Source: Eledone cirrhosa (Eukaryota). From it: 64,000 bases of DNA. The position numbers and the translations under genes are program-made. The notes under the pieces are model-generated. The model searched no databases, was not told the DNA's origin, and saw only the letters and a program-made list of their open reading frames with translations. The first letter of the stretch is position 1, and every line of letters starts with the position of its first letter. This document shows, in pieces, positions 53,595 to 64,000 of the stretch. The stretch covers positions 51,026,001 to 51,090,000 of the forward strand of contig OZ024751.1 of NCBI GenBank assembly GCA_964016885.1. The letters are read 5' to 3'.

Positions 53595-53599
<5 letters not shown>
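53193..53599 (-). mobile_element. Fold-back insert in (TA)n with a hammerhead in both arms
   Basis: 150-bp arms 53292-53441 and 53450-53599; tail 53193-53291; unfolded copy at 62419-62684. Confidence 0.85.
53494..53555 (+). ncRNA. Type-I hammerhead ribozyme motif
   Basis: TATTTTAT-CTGATGA-AAGcGTACCAAA gtt TTTGGTACcCTT-GAAA-TATATA-TA^ATAGAATA. Confidence 0.8.
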
Positions 53600-53633
<34 letters not shown>

Positions 53634-53769
53634 TATATTTATGCATACACACTCACAAACTCGCCTTTATTTATTCCCCTTCCTGTTACCCTGATTGATC
53701 TCACAAAAGTAAAAGGCTGTGTAGCTATTAGAAAAGTTGGTTTTGTGTTGTTCTGTTTCTTTTTTCTGT

Positions 53770-54453
<684 letters not shown>

Positions 54454-54503
54454 ATGTGTGTGTGTGTGTGTGTATATGTATATGTATATATATGATGATG
54501 ATG

Positions 54504-54537
<34 letters not shown>

Positions 54538-54546
54538 ATGTATATG

Positions 54547-54577
<31 letters not shown>

Positions 54578-54596
54578 ATATGTATATGTATATATA

Positions 54597-57500
54597 TCAT
54601 CATCATCATCATCAACGTATAACGTCCGTGTTCCATGCTTGCATGGGTTTGGACGGGGGTAGTCCCACTTGAGGCAAGAGTGATTTTCTTGCTCGCATAG
54701 GACTGTCTGGCAGGTTTTCTACAGTTGGATGCCCTTCCTAACACCAACCACATTTACAGTGTGGGTCTGGGAGGTTTTTACCGTGTTGCCTACACGGCCA
54801 CATTACAGCGTGTACTGTGTGTTTTTTTGTCGTGACACCTACACGATCTCATTTGTTTCGGCCTGGATGGCGCGGCACCAACATAACTTTACATAGAACG
54901 GGGTGGTGGGGATGGGGTGGGGGTGGTGGTGGTGGTGGGACGGGGTGTATTTTGTTAGAGATGCCTACTGGCAAGGCGGGTCTTCTCTATTACTGAGTAC
55001 CGCCAAAGGTCTCGGTCCAGTGACATTGTCTTGGTGAGGTGTAAGTGTGTGAGGTCGGAGTTAATCAGCTCGTCCCAGGTTTTTCTGGGTCTGCCTATTC
55101 CGTGGCTACCGTCTATCTTTATTGCCCTGCACTTTGTTATACAGCTATCATCCTTCATGCGCATCACGTGACCATACCAACGTAGCCTTCTCTCTAGTAA
55201 ACAACATCTGATCCCTCTTATTTCTAATTTTTTCCTTAGTTCGTTTATGCTTTGTCGTTCACGTATATTACTATTACACATCCAGCGGAGCATGCAAGCT
55301 TCGTTTCTCTCTTGTCTGCGTATATCCTCTGCACACAATGCCCAGGTCTCACTGCCATGCAACATTGCTGTTCGTATGCAGGCATCGTACAGCCTGCCTT
55401 TCATTTTTAGGGAGAACCCTTTAGCGGCTAATAGTGGTATAAGCTCTCTGAACTTTTTCCACCCAGTTCTGACTCTAGCTACTGTACTTTCAGAGCACCC
55501 TCCCCCACTGCTGATTTTGTCACCCAGGTAACGGAAGCTGTCCACTATTTCTATAGAACCCTCTTCGCAGTTGAAAGAGCTAGTATTTTGTGGGCACTTG
55601 CTGCTACTTATATTCCCAGAACACCGGCCACATGTAAAATCTATGTTCTTAGTTAGCTTACCTGTGATCCCACTACATCTTTTATGCACCCAAACTTTGC
55701 ATTTGGGACACAAAATGGAATTTCTACCTACGCCTTTCCTACACTCTGCGCATGGCCACTTCCCCGAGGGGACCGCCGCCTTATTTTCTTTCTTACAAAC
55801 TAGAACTTTAGTCTTAGCTAGGTTAATTTTAAGGCCTTTTGATTCTAGGCCGTGCTTCCATGTTTGGAATTTCTTCTCTAGCTCGGCCATTGATTCAGCT
55901 ATGAGCGTTAGATCATCTGCGTATAGGAGTTCCCATGGGCAGCCGGTCTTGAACTCCACTGTTTTAGCCTGGAGGGCAATAATAAATAGTAGGGGGCTAA
56001 GAACAGAGCCCTGATGAACACCAACTTTTACACTAAACTCTTCACTATATTCGTTGTTAATTCTAACCTTGCTAACTGTTTCTTTATACATGGCTTGTAT
56101 AGCTCTCACAAGCCATTCATCAACACCTAGTTTTCTAAGAGCCCACCAGATAATGGAAAGGGGGACTCTGTCGAAGGCCTTCTCCAAGTCGACGAAAGCT
56201 AAGTATAGGGGTTTACTTTTAGCTAGGTACTTCTCCTGTAGTTGTCGTACAATGAAAAGAGCGTCTGTGGTACTTTTTCCTGACACAAACCCGAACTGCA
56301 TTTCATCTAGATCAATTCGCTCTCTGATTAGTTGCGCTATAACTTTTTCCGTGACCTTCATGACCTGGTCGATTAATTTAATGCCTCTATAGTTACTCCT
56401 ATCTAGGGCATCTCCTTTACCCTTATAACAGTTAACGATAATGCTGCTGCGCCAGTCCTTCGGAACAACCCCATTCTGTATGACTTGGTTGACTATCCGG
56501 GTGACCATGGTGTGTCCCACCGTACTAGATGCCTTCAGCATCTCGGCAACTATTTCCGAAGGCCCAGCCGCCTTGCCTGTCTTCATATCTTTGATTGCCT
56601 TACTTATTATACTACCCTCGACTAACACTGCTGGTCCCTCTATTGGGTCGATGTGGGGGAGACTGTCTTTCTCCCATTTATTCTCCTCATTTAGTAGCCT
56701 TTCATAGTGACACTTCCAAGCTACCTTCTTATCGGCGTCGGTGATGGCAAGTATGCCGTCATCGTTAAGTACACACTTCTCCCCGACAATATCACTGTTT
56801 TCCTTGACACATTGCCTAGCAATCCTGAACACCTCATGTTTTTGGTCATCGCGTTGTAGAACATGCTTGAACTTTCTTTCCTCTGCTTCCCTTCTTGCGA
56901 AGTACACTTGTCTCCTAGCTTCCCTCCTGGCCACTTGATAGTCTTCTCTGCTTCCCCCATCCCGCCATACTTTCCAAGCCTGCTTTTTGGCCTTAATTGA
57001 CCCCTCCACCTTACTGTTCCACCACCATGTTACTCTCCTCCTGCCTACAGGCCTGCTCCAGCCACAGACTTCGTCTGCCGCCGTCAGCAGGTTTGCTTTC
57101 AGGAATTCCCACTGTTCCTCTACCTTGTACGTCTCTAATTGCTCTTCTTCACTATCGAAAGCATCAAGTAATATGCTTTGGAATTTATTTTTGGCTGTGG
57201 GGTCCTTTAGCTTCCATATTTTTCTCCTGAGGATAGTCCTCTTCTGTTGTCTAGTATGTCTCGTCCTGACTATTAGGTCGCTAATTATCAGTCTATGTTG
57301 GGAAGTGCATTCTTCATGGGGGAGGGATTTAGTGTTTACGACAGTCACTTTGTCACGTCTTCTGGTAAGGATATAATCTACCTGGCTAGTATGTTCCCCT
57401 GATCTGTAGGTGATCAAGTGATTGTCTTGTTTTTTGAAGTTAGTGTTGCAGATAGTTAGGTTATTTGCGTCGCAGAATTCCAGGATTCTGGAGCCTTCCT

Positions 57501-58316
57501 CATTTCTAGTACCAAACCCATAGCCTCCATGGATTTCGTCGTAGCCGTCACAATGTTGTCCAATGTGACCGTTTAGGTCGCCTGCAATAATTATATAGTC
57601 ACTGTCGGTTATTTGGGAGGTAGTGAGCATCAGTGTCTCATAGAATCTGTCTTTTATAGTGGCGGGCAGTCCGGATTGGGGTGCGTACGCAGATATTACT
57701 GTCACCGTAGTTCTATTGAGGACAAGTCTTATTTTAATTATTCTGTCGTTCACTCTATTTACGTCTATTATCTTATCTGCCCACTTTTCTGCTACCATGA
57801 TTCCTACTCCACCCAGCCCATTGTCGTTTCCCACCCAGAAAAGCTTATAGCATCGTTTTCTACCCACAATGTATCTAGCAGATCCACCCCTCCACCTGGT
57901 CTCTTGGATACAACAAACGTCGACCTCCTTACGTTCAAGCATTTCTACAACCTCGTTAGAGCGACCCTTTAAGGTGCCTACATTCAAGGTACCAAATCTG
58001 AAGTTTTGGATTGCGTTTGGGGGTTGGAAAGGTGGGGAGCGGGGGGAGATGGGGTTATGTTAGCCATCCACGGCCGAAACAAAGAGGCATGCTCGCATTT
58101 TCGTCCTCGAGGTGTGATTGTCTTTAACTTTGGCATTGTCGCTGAGCGTCCAGATTTTTCTCTCTTCAACTCTCCGGAACTCCGTAGTCCTTCCATCCTA
58201 CATATGGAAGGCGACCAGGTAAACGATAGTATAGGCCTCTGGCTTATGATTGGTCCCCGTAATAATAATGGTGGTGTGTGGGGGCGGGAGGGAGGGGTGT
58301 TGAGTTGTGAGCGAGC
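54597..58316 (-). mobile_element. Near full-length RTE-clade LINE (5' end uncertain, may extend to 58860)
   Basis: Intact ORF, ~350-nt 3'UTR, (TGA)n tail into (TA)n. Confidence 0.92.
54955..57987 (-). CDS. RTE LINE polyprotein: APE endonuclease + reverse transcriptase with an inserted PHD-type finger
   Basis: GTLNVGTL, CIQETRW, YAPQ, GDLNGH, VDYIL, SQHRL; [46 protein letters not shown]; no stops over 1010 codons. Confidence 0.96.
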   Translation of the reverse strand: MNVGTLKGRSNEVVEMLERKEVDVCCIQETRWRGGSARYIVGRKRCYKLFWVGNDNGLGGVGIMVAEKWADKIIDVNRVNDRIIKIRLVLNRTTVTVISAYAPQSGLPATIKDRFYETLMLTTSQITDSDYIIIAGDLNGHIGQHCDGYDEIHGGYGFGTRNEEGSRILEFCDANNLTICNTNFKKQDNHLITYRSGEHTSQVDYILTRRRDKVTVVNTKSLPHEECTSQHRLIISDLIVRTRHTRQQKRTILRRKIWKLKDPTAKNKFQSILLDAFDSEEEQLETYKVEEQWEFLKANLLTAADEVCGWSRPVGRRRVTWWWNSKVEGSIKAKKQAWKVWRDGGSREDYQVARREARRQVYFARREAEERKFKHVLQRDDQKHEVFRIARQCVKENSDIVGEKCVLNDDGILAITDADKKVAWKCHYERLLNEENKWEKDSLPHIDPIEGPAVLVEGSIISKAIKDMKTGKAAGPSEIVAEMLKASSTVGHTMVTRIVNQVIQNGVVPKDWRSSIIVNCYKGKGDALDRSNYRGIKLIDQVMKVTEKVIAQLIRERIDLDEMQFGFVSGKSTTDALFIVRQLQEKYLAKSKPLYLAFVDLEKAFDRVPLSIIWWALRKLGVDEWLVRAIQAMYKETVSKVRINNEYSEEFSVKVGVHQGSVLSPLLFIIALQAKTVEFKTGCPWELLYADDLTLIAESMAELEKKFQTWKHGLESKGLKINLAKTKVLVCKKENKAAVPSGKWPCAECRKGVGRNSILCPKCKVWVHKRCSGITGKLTKNIDFTCGRCSGNISSSKCPQNTSSFNCEEGSIEIVDSFRYLGDKISSGGGCSESTVARVRTGWKKFRELIPLLAAKGFSLKMKGRLYDACIRTAMLHGSETWALCAEDIRRQERNEACMLRWMCNSNIRERQSINELRKKLEIRGIRCCLLERRLRWYGHVMRMKDDSCITKCRAIKIDGSHGIGRPRKTWDELINSDLTHLHLTKTMSLDRDLWRYSVIEKTRLASRHL

Positions 58317-58856
58317 GAGAAGATAGGTTTTAAGTGAGAACCCCGTATTAACGAACAAAAATACAAGATTTGTTTAGCAAATATACGACAAAAACTCCGT
58401 ATTTTTACAATCATGACAGAATACAAGAGATTTGTTTTGGAAAATACATGGGGAATGGAAAGAGGATAGAAAAAAAATGCTGTTGGAAGGGCTGACTACG
58501 GAGTTAGGCGTATGTTAGAAGAGGTGGAAAAATGAGTACATTACATTTTAACCATGAATGGATGAAGTTACAGCCACAAGTTTGGCGAAAGTGAATTACT
58601 TTTGTCTTATATATGTATCTGGGTTGGGTAGAGAGAGAGAGAGAGAGAGGGGTGGGTGGTGGTGATTTGACCGCATGTTGTAGAGTGTGGTGGATGGGAA
58701 GGAGATATTAAGGAGCGGGAATAAGAGTTTGAAATAGTAACATATATTGAAATATTGTTAAGAGTTTGAAGTAACAAATATATTTAAAATATTTGTATAT
58801 GAGAAGATAGGTTTTAAGTGAGAACCCCGTATTAACGAACAAAAATACAAGATTTG

Positions 58857-58860
<4 letters not shown>
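58317..58860. repeat. Two identical 60-bp direct repeats (58317-58376, 58801-58860)
   Basis: GAGAAGATAGGTTTTAAGTGAGAACCCCGTATTAACGAACAAAAATACAAGATTTGTTTA occurs twice. Confidence 0.9.
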
Positions 58861-58902
<42 letters not shown>

Positions 58903-58939
58903 ATGTATATGTATATATATATGTGTGTGTGTGTGTGTG

Positions 58940-58971
<32 letters not shown>

Positions 58972-59288
58972 CGTATGTATGTATTATATATATTATTTTT
59001 GTTTTCAGAGGATTTTTTATCTGAAACATGTCAGCTAGTGCCAATAAGAATGATGGTAAAATGCCAGTGAAGGAATTTCCATCACAAGTTTTAAATTCCT
59101 GATTGAGGCAATTCCCATTGTCTACTTTGCTTGTTTGTCATATCCGGTGAGTATCATTAGCCTTGTGAATGACTGAATGAAAGAAAGACAGATGCAGCAT
59201 GGTTCATTTACTCTAGATACACACTATATGAGGATAAAAGGCTTCAGTGATTGCTGATCTAACAACCCATTAAATGTTTAATCTATGT

Positions 59289-59330
<42 letters not shown>

Positions 59331-59843
59331 TGTGAAAAGTAAATGGAAAACAATAAAGCAAACAATACAGTACAATGAAAATATATATTAGTTTAATGCT
59401 TGATATAGTAGGAAAAGAGTCTTACTGTTTCGGCTGCTAGTTCTGCATAATATGTATATTATATTAGCTCCCACCCCCTATCTTGTTCCAATTAACAAAA
59501 AACCAATCTATTCAAAACTTCACCAACCGTGAAATTTTGAAGTTTTTGCCCGGAAAGTAATTTTTTCAGATAAAAACCTTTTATCTCTTATATAATTTTC
59601 TCTTAAATTAAAAACTTGTACAGACTTATTCTTGGTATTAGAAGGATGAGTGACAATAAATATAATGGGGAAGGCAACATTTTAACTTTCGGAACATTAC
59701 CAATTGCTAAGAGTCAACCTAATATATAGTATTGCATAGGGATCCTTTTTTCTTTGGATAAGCTTATAATAATATTTATGCTCTACTTTCCTCAAATATA
59801 GAGAAGTTTTACAGGTGGTCTTAATTAGTAATATCTCATGTAT

Positions 59844-59896
<53 letters not shown>

Positions 59897-60130
59897 ATAT
59901 ATATATATTCAAATTTCACAACCGTGAGGTTGTGAGTTCAATTGCCAGACCGGGTGATGTGTTATGTCCTTGAACAAGACACTTTATTTCACATTGCTTC
60001 TTCTACTTGCGACCAATAGAAAGTATTAGCAATTGGAAAGACCAATGGAAACATTGTTTCCTTGGTCCGATTTGACGAAAGTAAATTGACTGTCGATATA
60101 TATATATAAATATATTATATATATATATAT

Positions 60131-60360
60131 CATCATCATCATCATCATCACCTTTTTACGTCTGTTCGTCGATGCTAGCATGGGTTAGACGGGTTGTCCT
60201 GTTGTGGGCAGTGTCTGGTCGGCTGACCTTGTCTTGCTCATACAGGAATTGATTCTGGCTTGATTTCTACAGCTGGATGCCCTTCCTAACACCAACCTCA
60301 TTTACAGTGAGTGCTGGGTGCTTTTTCCGTGGCGCCTACACCTCCACTTTACAGTGTGGG
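60131..60360 (-). mobile_element. SINE family B / RTE-related 3' half
   Basis: Matches 16770-17022. Confidence 0.75.
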
Positions 60361-60497
60361 CTGGGTGTGGGGGCATATTGTCTATATGTATATATATATA
60401 TGTATATATATATTAACATTTTTGTAACACTAGGTGTGTTTGAAATTTGAAAATGTGAGCATCTTAAACAAAGCTGTGATCTGTCAATTCGGAATAG

Positions 60498-60550
<53 letters not shown>

Positions 60551-60749
60551 TATATTATTGAATATAAGTACCAGGAGGCTGGATTGTCACTTTATTCAAT
60601 AACAATTAACTCCGATGCTGCACAACCAACAGAATTTTACATCAAAGATGATTGAGTTGTGTTACGTTGAGTGCTTTTCCTACTATTGCATCATGGTTAA
60701 CTATACAGGATGACCAGTTCTATCCAGTGATGAACCACTAACTTCAATT

Positions 60750-61415
<666 letters not shown>

Positions 61416-61953
61416 CACACACAAACACACAAACAGTAACATACAGTAACACACACACACATATTAACACACACCCTCACACACACACTCAAAAAGGAAA
61501 ATCAACAGTGACAAACATATGTAGAAATACTAATTACACTGCAACAAAAGAAAGGGAATAAAACCGGAGAACATATTTTGGTTGTTGGAATAAAATTGTG
61601 GCTTAAGCAAGGATGGGAACCATTTTATGTGGAATGGTTAGTGATAGAAATATTCTTGTTGTAGGAAGTTTCCAGAATAAATAGATTGACCAAACAACGT
61701 AAACAGAACTGAATGAAAACTGCCGCCTTGCATTCATACACCATAGCTAACAGAAGAGCTGAGATGGCGGGTGGGAGAAATTCCAGTTGTGCCTATATGT
61801 GTGCATGTTTATGTTTGACTGTGTGTCTGTGTGTATCCCCATATGTGTATATGTGTGTGGGTGTTCCTATGTATCATCATGTATCATCATCATCATCATC
61901 ATCACCAACATCTAATATTCGTTTTTCCATGTTGCCATATTATATATATACAT

Positions 61954-62057
<104 letters not shown>

Positions 62058-62064
62058 CATATAT

Positions 62065-62405
62065 CATCATCATCATCATCATTTTACGTCCACTTTTCCC
62101 TGCTTGCAAGGGTGGGACGGGAACTGATTCTGGCTTGATTTCTACAGCTGGATGCCCTTCCTAACACCAACCTCATTTACAGTGAGTGCTGGGTGCTTTT
62201 TTGCCGTGGCACCTCCACGACCACTTTGCAGTGGAATTATAAGGACCCCAGTCCCTATCATTTCATTTCTACAGCTGAGTAAACTGGAGCAATGTGAAAT
62301 AAAGTGTCTTGCTCAAGGAAACAACACATCACCTGGTCTGAGAATTGAACTCACAACCTTTCGATTGCAAGGCCAATGCTCTAACCACTAAGCCATGTGC
62401 CTCCA
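62065..62405 (-). mobile_element. SINE family B, full length
   Basis: Reverse complement of 20261-20590 with the complete head. Confidence 0.9.
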
Positions 62406-62489
62406 TATATATATATACTATCCAAGGGAAAATTCAACTGATAAGGTATGTTTTCCTTGGCTATATCAAAATTTATAAAACACACTTTG

Positions 62490-62551
62490 TATTTTATCTG
62501 ATGAAAGTGTACCAAAGTTTTTGGTACCCTTGAAATATATATAATAGAATA
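62490..62551 (+). ncRNA. Type-I hammerhead motif (same family as 53494)
   Basis: Near-identical sequence to 53494-53555. Confidence 0.8.
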
Positions 62552-62735
62552 AATATGGTTTTATAAATATAGTTTCCATTTATTTATTACCATTGAATAT
62601 TTACTCCAGAAGGCTGTTGAGTGCTCTGAATCAGTTATAAACATTTATATTTGTTGAATTTCCAACAAATTAATTATCCCTTCTACTGGAATTGAACTAT
62701 CAGCACAGTTGAGGTATGTCATACATCAATTTATG

Positions 62736-62801
62736 TATTTTATCTGATGAGGACGTACTGAAAAAACAGCACAGTACCTCCGAAATATATATAATAAAAT
62801 A
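62736..62801 (+). ncRNA. Type-I hammerhead motif (sister subfamily)
   Basis: TATTTTAT-CTGATGA-GGAcGTACTG n11 CAGTACcTCC-GAAA-TATATA-TA^ATAAAATA. Confidence 0.82.
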
Positions 62802-62849
62802 TATTTTGATTACGTGAATGTCTACATTTATTAATATTTTGAATTAATA

Positions 62850-62881
<32 letters not shown>

Positions 62882-62941
62882 GTATTAAGGATACTATTTA
62901 TGGTTATGTATATAATAAAACCTTTTATAGTTATATATATT

Positions 62942-63707
62942 TTAAACTCTAAATAGTGAAAGACAGTAATTCATTACTATCTTATTACCAGTAAGATAAA
63001 TAGCTCAATGTAATAACATCAGTTGTTTTACAGAGCAGTTATATAGAAATTACAGGAATCAAAGTTCAGTTTAAATCATTTATTTGCTTACAATTGTTTC
63101 CTCCAAACCGAGGTTTGGATTCTTCGGAGCAACTATTTAGTGATTTTTTACATACTTGACCTCCTTTTCAACACAAGAGACATATAAAAACATATGTATA
63201 TATTGACCCACAGTGGGTTGACATCCATCATAATAATATAGCATGGCAATTTACATACAAAGGTTACATATTAAAGGACAAAATTAAAGTTAAAATTAAA
63301 ATTAAAAAAATAAAACATTGGCAGTTTATGAAGATAAAGCAAGAGGAAAGTTTAGAGTAGTCAGTGTATGAAACAGTCTCACGTGTGGCATGCACGCGTG
63401 TCTTATTTATACAGGATTATAGTGCGGCAGATTGTTACATGTAAAACAAGCAGTGAAAGCAGGCAATCAATAGCATCATGGGGGCTGTATTGTTAAAGCA
63501 TTTTTCACACACATCTGTACGATATATAAGCCCACTGTGGGTCAATATATACATATGTTTTTATATGTCTCTTGTGTTGAAAAGGAGGTCAAGTATGTAA
63601 AAAATCACTAAATAGTTGCTCCGAAGAATCCAAACCTCGGTTTGGAGGAAAAAATTGTAAGCAAATAAATGATTTAAACTGAACTTTGATTCATGTAATT
63701 TCTATAT
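62942..63707 (-). mobile_element. Spaced inverted-repeat insert in (TA)n with a hammerhead in both arms
   Basis: ~177-bp arms 63041-63217 and 63531-63707, 313-bp spacer, tail about 62942-63040. Confidence 0.8.
63084..63132 (-). ncRNA. Variant hammerhead motif (CCGAAGA core; second copy on + strand at 63616-63664)
   Basis: TTGCT-CCGAAGA-A-TCCAAACC tc GGTTTGGA-G-GAAA-CAATTG-TA^AGCAA. Confidence 0.7.
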
Positions 63708-63714
63708 ATATATA

Positions 63715-63780
<66 letters not shown>

Positions 63781-63912
63781 GTATATAAATATGCATATAT
63801 ATATATATATATATGTATATATATTAAACTAGTTAGACCATTATTCAACAGAGTATTCAATACTTGGGATAGTAGAGTGTGTCTATGTTAGAAAGAGTCT
63901 TTCTAATATATA

Positions 63913-63970
<58 letters not shown>

Positions 63971-64000
63971 TACACATATATATTATCATCATCATCACCA

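Noticed and set aside
58050-58270. HDV-like ribozyme in the RTE 5'UTR (GGCTAA motif, hairpins)
   Set aside because: Could not build the nested P1/P2/P3/P1.1 pseudoknot by eye; needs a descriptor search

Overview
This is AT-rich, repeat-saturated metazoan DNA. It is most consistent with an octopus/cephalopod genome, an inference from the SINE/LINE complement and microsatellite density. I found no convincing host protein-coding exon, and nearly all long ORFs in the track are simple-repeat artefacts. The real coding sequence is transposon-derived: an apparently intact RTE-clade LINE ORF (APE endonuclease + RT, with a C4HC3 PHD-type finger inserted in the RT), a 5'-truncated Penelope-like element (RT + GIY-YIG), an internally deleted L1/Tx1-like element, decayed R4/Dong-like REL fragments and a deleted Helitron. 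There are also two SINE families, piggyBac-like MITEs and large GT/CA-rich satellites. The most striking unexplained structure is a recurring architecture found about ten times in at least seven unrelated sequence families: (TA)n - short arm - turn - long arm + unique tail - (TA)n. These are fold-back palindromes inserted in TA microsatellites, and most contain a type-I hammerhead ribozyme motif or its 3' half. Several turns fall on ribozyme landmarks (stem I, the cleavage site, stem II). Two independent copies end their short arm at the same nucleotide, and the Penelope ORF shows the same fold-back at its truncation point. All structures were read by eye and not computed.
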